DNA from: Amphiscolops sp. MND2022
Taxonomy: Eukaryota
Reading direction: 5' to 3'
Length of the DNA: 64,000 nt
Assembly (NCBI GenBank): GCA_964187785.1
Contig: OZ076410.1
Span: 20,274,001-20,338,000, forward strand
In this document: positions 46,818 through 57,464 of the stretch, piece by piece
How the letters are laid out: each line of letters opens with the position of its first letter
Position numbering within the stretch: position 1 is the stretch's first letter
The notes under the pieces: generated by a model
What the model saw: the letters and a program-made list of their open reading frames with translations, nothing else
What the model was told of the DNA's origin: nothing
The model's database searches: none
Translations under genes and position numbers: made by a program

Positions 46818-49800
46818 ATGGATCGTAATCCTCCTCCTTCTCGACGTGACACCGGCGCACAGAGTGGGAACGATACTCAATTCCTTTTTTCTGAAGGAGA
46901 CATTTACCATAGTGATGGTGATGTCATTCGTCGTCAAGCAACTGGTAAGTTTGTAATTCCCCGAACCATTAAGCTTTTGTGGATAATACTTATACCAGAT
47001 AGGCCTTTTCTGATTTTTTGTATTTCCATAGCTTAGATTTTCTGACGCGTCGATACGGGAATGTCTTGTTTGTTGCTAGATCCGCCTCCTTCTCCTCCTC
47101 TGGCTGGTGATTCTGTCGCAGAGTTCAGGGCTTCTCTTCCAGGGGATCTTTCTGGAATCTTGATTGAGCCTCTCGCAGAGTCGACACAGGGGGTCGGTGG
47201 GATAGAGACTGGGGTCACTGCTTCAGTTGTGCCAGTCCCTCCTTCATGTTGTTCCGGAGACTCAGATGTTCCTCTGGCAGTTCTTGCTAAAGATGCCAGT
47301 AGAGTCGACAAAGATGCCACTCACGAAGGTGAGGGGTTACCCCCCCCCCTCTTGAACAGAGAAGTACAGGGGTTCTGGAAGCAAATACTCCCCGATTTCG
47401 GAAAAGAGTTGCAAGGGATACTGGGTCTGAGGGGTCGAAAAGTAAACGTGGTGAGTTATTTTCGTTGCTGAGATTTTTATATTGTGTCGTAGGTCTGTTT
47501 ATGTAGCTCGGTTGTTTTTGTTATACTTCCATGTTCTTTTGTGTCTTTGTTGTGTATCGTGGCATGGTTGTCAGACTGTCGTTTGCTTGTTGTAGTGCAA
47601 TTGATGGATCCTGTCACGAGTGGTTCAGATCTGCCGTCGACATCAAAGCCACCGAGTGAGACTGTTTTCCGGTTCGGGGCACCAGTGGTTCGATTCAGTG
47701 TGTTTGATAGTGACAGTGAGCAGGCTGCTACTGGAGTGTTGCCAAGTACGTCGTCGCGACGGGTCGGACTGGCTGCTGCAGGACTTTCTGATGCAGAGGG
47801 GCATGCTTTGGACCCGTTTGTCACCCGTAAGTTTGTTGGTTTGGCAGTATTACTGCTACTTTTGTTTTCCGTTTGCCGTTGTTTACCGACTATGTGGTGC
47901 TTCCGTCTTATGTGAGGTGCGACTTGTATGCGCATTTGTTATCGTGATGTCTATTTGTTGTAGGTTTTGAGGAGCTGATCAGTCGAATGGAGACGACTCT
48001 GGAGAGTGCAGATCGGAGTCGTAAACGTGTGTACAGTCCGCGAAATCGGCTGCGTCGGGACATGGTCACTGGCAATCCAATTTACGAACTCTTCGTCAGT
48101 GGTTCCAGCACTGGTTCAGACAAGCTGTTCCACTGTATGATCTGCCAGCGAGACGTGTCCATGGAATCACGTGGGGCGGGCGAGTTTAGTCGTCATTTCT
48201 TCGGAAAGCGTCACTGGGTATTGGATGTAACGTACCGTGTCCAGAACGGTCTGCCAGTTTTCAATCGACTGATGGATCCAATGGTGCTCAGTGAGACGCA
48301 GCTGGAGGAGTATCGGAATCGCCCCAGCAAGGGAAAGAGCGAGGGGTATAGTTTTCCCGAGGATTTGCTTCCCGCGTGTATGCAAGCTGACTCCAGTGTG
48401 CCTTTGATGTCGATGGTAAACTGTCTCATCGAGCTGTTGCGTTTTGGTGGCAGTTACGTGCTGCTGCGGAAGTTGTGGGGGTGCTTCCGGGCTACCCTGG
48501 GTCCTAAGGACCCTCTTTATGATGTGCGTTGGAGTCGTCCCGAGTCTTTGGTGAGTATTCTAGAGTCTGATGTCTTGTCTTGCTATTTTCTGTTTGGGGA
48601 GGGGGGTAGTGGGTACATAGTAGTGTCTTTTGTGATATTTCCCATGTGTCGTAAAACATGAAGTGTTGTTGTATTTTAGTCGCTGATCTGTCAGGCGTTA
48701 TTTCCACGAGTGCTACGATCTCTGTTTGCCCGAATTGGCTCTTTCCGGGAGTACAGTGTGTCCTTTGCTGAGAGCGGAGGGTATCACAAATGTGTTGTTC
48801 AGACCTTTGACGAGCATACCCTGATGAGTATTTGTGTCAGGGTCGAGGCCGCTGGGCAACGTGTTCCCGAAGCTGAGCTAGCTGGACTGTCGCGTGTGAT
48901 TGACAGCACCACTGCATGCCAGATGCCTCTGTCGTGTCAGGGATGTAGTCCTACCCTGTTGCGCGTTCTGAGCGACAATCGTGTGGACGGTCGGGAATTT
49001 TTGATGTATCGAGAATTCTCTGTGGACGTCTTCCTGTACTGCTATCGGCTCGCTCACCAAGAAGTGTTCGGTGTCCTGGAGACGACCACGATGATAGACT
49101 TTCTAGTGTTGCGGTTGCGCGGTGCTATTCAAGAACCTTGGTGTGAGAGTGCTCCATGTCTCCGTCGCTGCATCGTTGCTGGTCACGTGGATTTCGCTGA
49201 TCTTCGTGGTGTGGTTGTTGACCTGATGGCAGTGTGGTCACATGTTCAGGACTTCGTGAAGCGTACTGGGCCCCGACACTTCAAAACCGTCGCTGGCCGG
49301 GTAATGATTTTGGTTGAGTTTTCTTCTCCCCGTTTTCTCTCTCTCTTTCTTTTTTTTTGTTTGGGGTAGAGTAAGTTCTCTTTCCTATGTAGTTGTGGTT
49401 TGCCTATATTGTTATTCTTTCGATCGGAGTTTTGATTGTGGGGCAACTGGTGTTATAGATGCGCGGCACTGACTGGCATATCTATTCAGAGGCGACTGTG
49501 CGACTGCACCTGGGTCTTCTGTTGCATGTCCTTGAACTCCGTTAGTATTCCGTTTGAATATTTCGTTTTTCGTGTAGTTGGATGGTGATATTTGAGTGAT
49601 AGCTATATTGGGTGGGTAGGAGGGGGGTAATTTGTAATAGTCGTGATTCATGGGTTGTGTTTTAGACTCCTGTTCTTTCAAGAAACAATCATCCGGTCGC
49701 AGCGATTACGGTTTCCATGGGTACATGGAAATTTGCCAGTTCGTGTATTGTCTTCTGTCGCGGAGTCGAAAATTTGGATCGCTGCCATGTCTGAACTCGT

Positions 49801-50888
49801 GGAAGAGCTATATGGATCTTGAAAAATTGGACGAGTTTGAGAGTGTTTCGCCCCGCGATTTCCTTTGCAATCATGATTTTGGTGCTGAGCTTCGCAGTCA
49901 CAAAGGGGGAGAGTTTCGTGTATTCGAGAGCCTTTGCCCGAAATTTATTGATCGCCTTGTTGTCGCTATTTTGAGTCAACAGCCTGTCACTGGAGAGTTT
50001 TCTCGTGGAGTCTACTGTTTCTGTCCTGAGCTGTTATTCGAAGGAGATGATCAGCACATGTTGATGTTGTTCCAGACGTTAATTCGTGTATTGGAGCGGA
50101 GTGGGGCTGTGTCTTCTCAGGAAGCGAAAACTGCCAAGGAAGAGTATGCGACGTTCGTTGTGGATGCTCGGTCTCGCCATATTGCTAGTGGTGCCAGTGC
50201 AGAGTCGATTGATGATGTGAGACACCATCTCCTATCCGATTACTCTTTCCAGTCCCGCAAGTCATTGTGTCGCGTCTTCAAGTTGTGTTGTTTGGCAGTA
50301 CTGAGGCCTCGTATGGATTTCCCTGTTGTGGAAATCGATCTCAGTGATTGTGTTGTTCCTGCTCTGGTGGTTGCAACGTGCATACAAGGCGTCCAAAGCT
50401 GCGTTATGTCATCTGAGTTTAGGTTGAAGTCCTTCTTTACTCAGTTTACGATGGGTGAAGTCCGAAAATCGATTGCTGGTGCCAGTTCTTTTATGTCGTC
50501 TGGAAGTTTTGATCCGTGGGATGGTTTATGCGGGATTAATCAGTCTGCCTTTGTTAATCGGTATCGTCGGCTTTTTGATGAACGAGTGGGTCGCAAGCGA
50601 AGTGTCAGTGGTGAACAACCGAGTGTCGAGAGTGATGGTGACTATGAGGGTTCCTCATTGTCGGAAAAATCTGCCGCATCTGTTATTTCAGCCCCTGCTG
50701 ATCCTACTTCTAGTGGGTCTAGTTCGTTCCGATTCAGCAAGACGAGAGTGTATGGGAGTGTTGCCTCGTTGTTGGGACGGAAGAAAAATGTTGATGTTAC
50801 TGAAAGCACTAAAGGCAAGAAGAAGTCGAAGAATGTGAGTAAGAAGAGCGTCAGTGAAAGTGGAGAGTCATCTTCAAAGAAGGAGTGA
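46818..50888 (+). CDS. Antisense 7-exon gene, ~1039 aa: zinc finger plus catalytically inactive hAT-transposase-derived protein
   Basis: Exon model 46818-46944, 47080-47328, 47596-47826, 47964-48550, 48680-49300, 49459-49540, 49666-50888. All introns are GT-AG, phases are consistent, total 3120 nt with no internal stop. CMIC...HFFGKRH zinc finger; YSVSFAES at the position of the hAT S(F/L)DES motif; LMAVWSHVQDF, EFSRGVYCFCPELL, AKEEYATFV and RKSLCRVFKLCCL resemble hAT insertion and C-terminal regions. The exon 2/3 junction has an alternative in-frame solution (47450 to 47493). Confidence 0.75.
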
Positions 50889-51108
50889 TCGCAGTCTGTG
50901 CCTTTTCAAACTTTTTGTAGTGTAGATTTAGTATCTTGAAACTGTTTGTTTCTTTTGTTGCCGTTCATTCCATATATAGTAAATGAAAAATGATCAGGAG
51001 AGAAAAGGAAAGAAAGAGTCAGTTGTTTGAAAAGTTAGGGCCGTAGTATGCCCGTTAATTGAAAATCGTCAGGCCGGTTCGGTCTGGACTCCTGATATTA
51101 TCTTTTCT

Positions 51109-54100
51109 TCAATAGTGAGTCGTAGTAAAAGCGTCGAGGCGTCTGAAGTCAGGATCAGCGTTAGGTTTAGGATTAGGTCGTAAGTTGTACTTCGCTGTTT
51201 TTCTTGGGTTATAGCCGACAACTGTAGGCGGTGATTTTGGGGGAATAGGCGGACTTTCAATGGGTGGGGGGCGCCGTATGTATGGGTTATCCCCTACGTC
51301 TGTAGTGAGATTTGAAAAGTCTGGAGACGTCGGCGTTTCGTCATGCGTGTCACCAGTTTGATTGTCTTGTATTTGTCGTGATGTTATTTCGTCATCTGTG
51401 TTCGTCATTTCTTGTGCGGCAGTCTGTTGGCTGTTTCCCGCATTTCGTGTCGGCTCAATTTCGTCGATTTGTTTTCCAAAATCCATTTCCCAGGATACTG
51501 CGTACCATTCGTTATGCGATACTTTGACGTCTGGATCAGGAAGATATTCATTTGTTCGTACTGTGACGTCAGGCAGTCGTTGTTCTGGCACGTAGGGACG
51601 TATTCTAATGCGATGTAGCGTCTGCGTGTATCTCGTGCCAAGTTTTCGGATCGTATAGTTATTATTTGAAAGTACTTTGATTACTACATACGGACCTGTC
51701 CAGATGCAATCTTGAAATGCAAACTTTGTTGACTGATTGTCGGCTTTCGGGTTGAGTATGTAGCAATAGTCGTTTATCTTGAGTGGGGCTGCGGACGCTT
51801 TTCGGTCGTAGTATTTTTTGTTTTTGAGATAGGACAACATAATATTGTCTTTTGTTGTCGCGCGCACTTCGTCAATTTGTTTTTGTAGTTGATCTGCTAG
51901 GTCGGATTTAGGTGTAGTTTTCCATTTCGGTCGAATGCCTAGCTTTAAGTCGAGCACGTTGTAAGGTATGCGTCCGTGGAATACTGTGGATGGCTCGCAG
52001 CCTAAAGTTTCGTGATACGATGTGTTGTAGTTCATGACTGCAATCTGGACGTATTTGTGCCACATTGAACGTCTTTCTCCCGTTGATATTTTTAGTGCTG
52101 TTTTGATTGAAGCGTGAGTTCGTTCCAATATTCCGATTGTTTGGGCATGTTTTGTGGAAGCGTGACTGATTTGAATTTCTAATATTTGCATTATTTCTGC
52201 CACTACTTCTGATCTAAATTGGGAACCTTTGTCCGATAGGATTAGAGTTGGCAAGTATGCATGTCTTGTCATGACGTCGACAATGCATCTTCCAATTGTC
52301 TTCGCTGTTACATTTTGCGTTGGGTATGCGAATAGGTAGCGTGAGAATACATCAATCATTGTGACAATGTTTTGATATCCCGCCGAGTTTGGTAGGTTGG
52401 GTAATACGTCAATTTCCAAGATGTCCTTCGGGCCCAAGACGTGTTCCGTGTTGTTGATCATTTTCGGTCTGATCTGGGCATTGTTGATTCGTTTGTATTT
52501 GATGCAGTCCTCGCATTGCATTACCCATTGTCTGATACGCTTCGCTAATCCTGGGTAGTAATATTTAGATCTACATTCCTGGATCATTTTGGTGATTCCT
52601 GGGTGTTTACCCATTTGTCCGTGTATTGCTTTTAGGAGTTCCGCAATTAGGTGTTCGGGGATTAATATTTGATGATGTGTGACTTGACCACATTCGCCGT
52701 AATATTTTCTCATTAGGATGCCGTCTTTGACTATTAGTCTGCTTTCATGGATTAATAGTCGTTTGGCAGTCGGGTCAGTTTGTAGAAGGTGTTTGTCGTA
52801 TTCCTCGCAAATTAGTTTCTTTTTGATTGTTTTGATAACTAAGTCTGAGTCTTGTTCGACTCTGATACGTGCATCTTCTTTGATTGCTCCGAAAGTATAT
52901 GATGCTCTATTTATTGGGATTGGGGTGGTCTCTTGGATGGTCAGTTTTATTTTTGTTGGCGCTTCGTCGTTCGCGCTTTGTCTAGCTTTTTCTTTTTGAA
53001 GGAGGATCTCTTCTTCTGTTTCGATTGTTTCGTCAGGTAGGAAGAATAGTTGTTCCTCATCTGCTACATCTGTGGATTGTAGGTTGACTTGTATTGGTCG
53101 GATTGTTATGTCATCTCTGATTTTTAGTTCAACTCTTTCCTTGGGGTTGAGGTCAATTCTCGATAGAAAGTCGGCTGCCGTGTTTTGTGTCCCTGCCACG
53201 TGCATGATGTGGAAATTGAATTGTAGCACATAATCACATGCGTTCCATAGTGTGGGGGGAATCGCTTTTGTTTGGAAGAACCTCGTTACTGATCTGTTGT
53301 CTGTCATCACTAGTGTTGGTAGGGTTGCTTCCCACAATATGTGACTGTATTCCAAAAAGGCGTGGTATATTGCCAGGAATTCTTTGCAGTATATTGACAT
53401 TTTCAGTTGTGCTGGCGAGAATACTTTTGATCCGAATGCAACGGGCGCGAAAGTTTTCTTTTTGGAGTTTAGTTTTTTTTTGTTTTCTTCTTCAATCATT
53501 AGTGCGTACCCTGATGCTCGGAAACTGGCATCTGTCATTAGGACATATTGTCGTCCCGTGATCGGTTGCTTGAGGGCTAGACCACAAGCTTCTGCTAGTG
53601 CTGCGTTGATTGCTTTGTAGTCGTCGGTTATTTTGATCTGTTTGTCTGTTTTTAAGAGTCCGTAGAACCCAATTAGTTTTTCAGACAAGCGCGGTATGTA
53701 GTTGCGGTAGTAGTTGACGAAGCCAATGTATCGTTGGACTTGTTTCTTTGACTTTGGGAATCTGACATTTGATAGGAATTGGTGAATTTTGTGATCCTGT
53801 GGGGCAATTCCTTGTGGGGTGATTGTTCTGCCTAAGAATTCTACTTGTGTTACTCCAAAATGACACTTGTCAATGGATAATTTAAGTCCCGCTCGTCTGA
53901 TGCACTCGAATACCGCTCTGATGTTTCGGATCAGTTGCGTCACAGTATTTGCAGCTTTGCCTATGTCGTCTACATATTGTGCACACTGATCAGCTTTGAT
54001 TACTTTATCCAGGTATTCTCTCATGAAGCTTGAGAATGCCGATAGTGCTCTGCTCAGTCCTTGTGCTAGGCGTTTGTAGGCGAAAGTTCTGCTTGCGAAG

Positions 54101-56034
54101 TTGAACGCTAGCATCTCGATTGATCTTCGGTCTGCCATTTGTAGGCAGTGGTACGCTTGGGAGCAGTCTAGTTTACAAAACAATTTCTTTCCGGCTAAGT
54201 GTTGGGCTGCATCTGACAGTGTGCTGACTGGGTGATTGTTGTTGATGTAGTCGTCCGATATTAGCGCGTTGATTTTTCGGAGGTCGACAAGTAGGCGTAG
54301 TTTGCCATTTGGTTTACGCTGTGCGAAGATCGGGCTGGCGTATTTTGAAAATGGCAAAGTTGTGATTATGCCGTATCTGTGCATTAGTGCCAGTTCGACT
54401 GTTAGGTCTTCTTTTAAGTTGATCGGTACTGGTAGGCTTTGTGTATATATGGGGCGTTCGTCCTTCGGGGTCAGTTTCACCTTGAACTTGTTGTTGATGC
54501 CAATGTCGAGTCTGTGGCGTGCGAAAATGTCGTTATACTCGACTATTGTTTGTTCGAGCTGTTTCCTGTCGTCCCCTTCAATCTGTGAGCCTTCCCATTT
54601 GAACATGTTAAGGAACTCGTTTCTTGACTCTTGGTCTTTGGTCGGGTCGAGTTGTTCTTTCCTCATGAGTTCGCGAATCTCATTGAGTATGCGTCTTTGG
54701 ATTGGTGTGTGTTCCTCTTCATTTCCTGGATTTTCGGGCGTCGGGAACCAGAGGTTGTCGTCGTTCTGCTCGTTATTTGTAGATTTCATGAGTTCATTGA
54801 CGTACATATGTGCATCATCTGGGTCTTGTAGTGTGTTCAGAGCTGCGACGTCTATGGGACGTATTTGTTTTGTGTCCTCTGGTTTAAGTATTTGTAGTTC
54901 TGCCAGTTTGGTGTGATTTGTGATTGTGTATGGGAACTCCGTTAGGTTGGCTATTCTGATGTTGATTCTTTTGTTGTGGGCGGTAGCTAACGCTGGTGCA
55001 ACGATGATGGTGGCTGTTTCGTCGAACTGTGGTAATGGTTGCACTGCTCCTGTAACGTCGGTTGTATTGGTGGTGATGACTATTGCGTTTACGGTTGTTG
55101 TTTGTTGTGGAGGCAGTGTCTGGTTCCCCTCAGTCATGATATGGAGTGGTTTGGGGTTACAATTTTTCTTTTCATCTGTCATGGCTAATGTCATTTCGAC
55201 ATGGGGGAAGGTGATGGTCCCATTGGCTGTATCTATCACTGCTTGGTGATTCCTCATGAAGTTCAGTCCTATTATTGGGAAGGACGTTTTTGAGAGTATC
55301 ACGAAGGTGTCTGTGAAGGTATACGTTCCTATGTTGAATTGTATATCGGCTGTGGCTATTGGTTGCTCCAGTTGAGCGTTTGCGCATTCGATTTTGAAAG
55401 GAGGTTGTGGATACTCTTTTATGACACAGTTGTCACTGTTCATTTTGATTGCATTGTAGTCCGACCAGGACATGGCATTGATGAACGCACCTGAGTCTAC
55501 AAGTCCATCCATTGTTATTTCGCCAAATTCTAGTGGCAAGTACAGCATTCGCCTCCTGCTCTTGAGGACTATAGTCGAGTGGAGAGGTAAGTACGTCTCT
55601 CCGTCCTTTTCAGTAACATACTCTTTAATAGAGTTGAGAGATGTGGGGAAATCTTCTGGGAAGATAGGTACTTGGGTGGAGCCGTGAGTATCTTCCTTTG
55701 TTAGTGGTGACGGTGGTTGGTCTTCATGTGCGTTTTCAGTTTGCTCTATTTGGGTTGCAGTGGATTGTGTTGTGTTAGTGAGGGATGGCTGTATGAGATT
55801 TGGGTGTTGTTTATGGTCGTCTCCATGGTCCTCATCTGGTGTTTGTTCCTTTTCGGTTTGTATGAGGGGTCTTCGTATGGAGGCGAGTGCCTGACGTCTC
55901 AGCCAGTCCTCTGTTGGGGTTCCATCGCATTCTATTGTTGTATCTTTTGTGTAAGCTGTTGGGGGGTCCTCTGGAGAATACGCCCTCGCATCTACTGTTT
56001 CCCCGAAGCGCAGACGCGGCGTAATTAGTTTTTT
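51109..56034 (-). CDS. Ty3/Gypsy Pol (protease, RT, RNase H, integrase), -1 frame relative to gag
   Basis: LVDSGA protease; YVDDI RT; VLMTDAS RNase H; HGQMGKH...CEDC zinc finger; IDVL / SDKGSQF / ILERTH integrase. By manual translation the frame is open from the slippery site (56034) through the track ORF 51109-55548. Confidence 0.96.
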   Translation of the reverse strand, partial: KKLITPRLRFGETVDARAYSPEDPPTAYTKDTTIECDGTPTEDWLRRQALASIRRPLIQTEKEQTPDEDHGDDHKQHPNLIQPSLTNTTQSTATQIEQTENAHEDQPPSPLTKEDTHGSTQVPIFPEDFPTSLNSIKEYVTEKDGETYLPLHSTIVLKSRRRMLYLPLEFGEITMDGLVDSGAFINAMSWSDYNAIKMNSDNCVIKEYPQPPFKIECANAQLEQPIATADIQFNIGTYTFTDTFVILSKTSFPIIGLNFMRNHQAVIDTANGTITFPHVEMTLAMTDEKKNCNPKPLHIMTEGNQTLPPQQTTTVNAIVITTNTTDVTGAVQPLPQFDETATIIVAPALATAHNKRINIRIANLTEFPYTITNHTKLAELQILKPEDTKQIRPIDVAALNTLQDPDDAHMYVNELMKSTNNEQNDDNLWFPTPENPGNEEEHTPIQRRILNEIRELMRKEQLDPTKDQESRNEFLNMFKWEGSQIEGDDRKQLEQTIVEYNDIFARHRLDIGINNKFKVKLTPKDERPIYTQSLPVPINLKEDLTVELALMHRYGIITTLPFSKYASPIFAQRKPNGKLRLLVDLRKINALISDDYINNNHPVSTLSDAAQHLAGKKLFCKLDCSQAYHCLQMADRRSIEMLAFNFASRTFAYKRLAQGLSRALSAFSSFMREYLDKVIKADQCAQYVDDIGKAANTVTQLIRNIRAVFECIRRAGLKLSIDKCHFGVTQVEFLGRTITPQGIAPQDHKIHQFLSNVRFPKSKKQVQRYIGFVNYYRNYIPRLSEKLIGFYGLLKTDKQIKITDDYKAINAALAEACGLALKQPITGRQYVLMTDASFRASGYALMIEEENKKKLNSKKKTFAPVAFGSKVFSPAQLKMSIYCKEFLAIYHAFLEYSHILWEATLPTLVMTDNRSVTRFFQTKAIPPTLWNACDYVLQFNFHIMHVAGTQNTAADFLSRIDLNPKERVELKIRDDITIRPIQVNLQSTDVADEEQLFFLPDETIETEEEILLQKEKARQSANDEAPTKIKLTIQETTPIPINRASYTFGAIKEDARIRVEQDSDLVIKTIKKKLICEEYDKHLLQTDPTAKRLLIHESRLIVKDGILMRKYYGECGQVTHHQILIPEHLIAELLKAIHGQMGKHPGITKMIQECRSKYYYPGLAKRIRQWVMQCEDCIKYKRINNAQIRPKMINNTEHVLGPKDILEIDVLPNLPNSAGYQNIVTMIDVFSRYLFAYPTQNVTAKTIGRCIVDVMTRHAYLPTLILSDKGSQFRSEVVAEIMQILEIQISHASTKHAQTIGILERTHASIKTALKISTGERRSMWHKYVQIAVMNYNTSYHETLGCEPSTVFHGRIPYNVLDLKLGIRPKWKTTPKSDLADQLQKQIDEVRATTKDNIMLSYLKNKKYYDRKASAAPLKINDYCYILNPKADNQSTKFAFQDCIWTGPYVVIKVLSNNNYTIRKLGTRYTQTLHRIRIRPYVPEQRLPDVTVRTNEYLPDPDVKVSHNEWYAVSWEMDFGKQIDEIEPTRNAGNSQQTAAQEMTNTDDEITSRQIQDNQTGDTHDETPTSPDFSNLTTDVGDNPYIRRPPPIESPPIPPKSPPTVVGYNPRKTAKYNLRPNPKPNADPDFRRLDAFTTTHY
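55981..56034 (-). promoter_or_regulatory. Programmed -1 ribosomal frameshift signal: A AAA AAC plus 3' stem-loop
   Basis: Heptamer AAAAAAC (56034-56028) directly before the gag TAA, followed after ~6 nt by a CGCC-GCGTCTGC / GTAGATGC-GAG-GGCG stem. The -1 frame is the pol frame. Confidence 0.85.
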
Positions 56035-57464
56035 GAGTCATTTTCAGATTGTGAAGTCGTCTGGGGGACGGAGGTATCTTTGGTTCGTTCCTGTAAGTTG
56101 TGGCGTTTGGGTCGTGGGTCATTGGCTGAATTGGCCCCGTTCCAGCAATCTTCCGTTTTGTGGGTCTTGCCACATGTATCATATTTGAGTGGGTTGGATG
56201 TTGTTCGGTTGGCTGGTCCGTTATTTCTCCGCGGTTGTTGCCATTTGTCTCTTTTTAGTTTTCGGCATTCAGCTTTGAAATGTCCGAATTTGTTGCAATA
56301 GAAGCAGTATCCTTTTCTAGTGTTCTGGGTAGTGGTTTCATTCGGTTTCGTCTCGGTTTTTGATGGAGTTGGTTCTATTTTGTTGAGGGGTACTAGCGTT
56401 ACCTCATCTGGGGCTCCAAGACCGTTTAGGCGCATTTCTCGTTCTAGGTGAAGTACAATGTCGTTGTAAGGCTTATCCTCGAGGTACGCTCGATTGAGGA
56501 TTTTCTTGACATGGTCCGGCATTTTGGCGTATATTGCTTTGTCTATGAACTGTTGGGCTTCAGCTCCAAATGCTTCTTTTGCTGTTTTCTGAAGTATATC
56601 CAGAAATTCGTGCAATTTCTGTGTTGATGGATCGAATCTTAGCGCATCCCATTCGCATCTGGCCTTTGCCATCGAGAGGTAGTCTCCAAATCGTCGTTTG
56701 AATATTGTCATGATTTCGTCGAGCGAGTCTTTTTTCGAGTCCTCGATGTTGCAGAAAGCTTGTAGTGCGTCTCCTCGAAGTAGGGAGTGGAAATAGTTGA
56801 TTTTCTGTATTTCCGTGAGGTGTGGATACATTTTGATGTTGTTACGAAAAAGGTCTTCAAATAATTCAAATTTTTCCGATTTCCCGTCGAACGTTGGGAG
56901 GGATGCCGTTAATGCTTTTGGCATAGGCAGCGTAGTGTTGTCGCCTTTTTCTGATGTGAACAAAGTTCTCGCTACAATTGGACGTTCTTTTGACGTCGGT
57001 TGACTTTGAGACCGGGCTTTCGTTCGTTTTGGCTGGTTAGTGGAGTCGGTTAGAACTCCTGTCACCATGTTACGACATATTATCGGGTCGTTTTGAGTAG
57101 AACTTATCCTAACTGATTTTGTTGGAGTATAGAAACTCCTAGTTTCCTCTTCTACCTCTTCTTCAGTGTTTTCCCTAATGATCCCTCTTGTTTCAGGCTT
57201 AAGGAGTTTCAACATCTCCTTCTGGGATTCAATAAGAAGATTTTTGATCTCTGACGTTATTTCTTCCTTTATGGAAGCTCTCAAACTTTCAAGAAGACTA
57301 TTCTCAATCCGGGGGGATTTTGGTTTAGAAGGCCCCGCTACCTCATCGTCCTGATTCGAAGAACAAAGATTTCCTACTACTATGGGTGAAATCAAGCCTT
57401 CACTTACATTCTCACTGGTGCTTTGCTGATCGTTCTTTCTTTTTTGGCTTCTTGTTGTTGACAT
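56025..57464 (-). CDS. Gag (~479 aa); first ~132 codons lie within the 5' LTR
   Basis: LPTFDGKSEKF capsid-type motif; CFYCNKFGHFKAEC CCHC knuckle; second knuckle YDTCGKTHKTEDC. The ATG at 57464 (MSTTRSQ) is chosen because it is conserved in the solo LTR ORF at 25699; the track ORF extends to 57569. Confidence 0.92.
   Translation of the reverse strand: MSTTRSQKRKNDQQSTSENVSEGLISPIVVGNLCSSNQDDEVAGPSKPKSPRIENSLLESLRASIKEEITSEIKNLLIESQKEMLKLLKPETRGIIRENTEEEVEEETRSFYTPTKSVRISSTQNDPIICRNMVTGVLTDSTNQPKRTKARSQSQPTSKERPIVARTLFTSEKGDNTTLPMPKALTASLPTFDGKSEKFELFEDLFRNNIKMYPHLTEIQKINYFHSLLRGDALQAFCNIEDSKKDSLDEIMTIFKRRFGDYLSMAKARCEWDALRFDPSTQKLHEFLDILQKTAKEAFGAEAQQFIDKAIYAKMPDHVKKILNRAYLEDKPYNDIVLHLEREMRLNGLGAPDEVTLVPLNKIEPTPSKTETKPNETTTQNTRKGYCFYCNKFGHFKAECRKLKRDKWQQPRRNNGPANRTTSNPLKYDTCGKTHKTEDCWNGANSANDPRPKRHNLQERTKDTSVPQTTSQSENDSKN
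57055..57067 (-). promoter_or_regulatory. Primer binding site TGGTGACAGGAGT (tRNA-Leu-like), inside the gag reading frame
   Basis: Directly abuts the LTR CA. One mismatch to the familiar tRNA-Leu PBS TGGTGTCAGGAGT. Codes for M-V-T-G-V. Confidence 0.75.

Noticed and set aside
45600-50888. env gene in the post-pol position
   Set aside because: No signal peptide, furin site/fusion peptide or transmembrane anchor in the cargo proteins; the main cargo is antisense and spliced.
46329-51100. Cargo as a recently nested autonomous hAT transposon
   Set aside because: No TIR pair or 8-bp TSD found by eye, and the catalytic residues appear lost while the frame is intact. This still needs comparison with other copies.
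51109-51500. Chromodomain at the integrase C-terminus
   Set aside because: The tail is low-complexity Pro/Thr/Gln-rich without the aromatic cage pattern.
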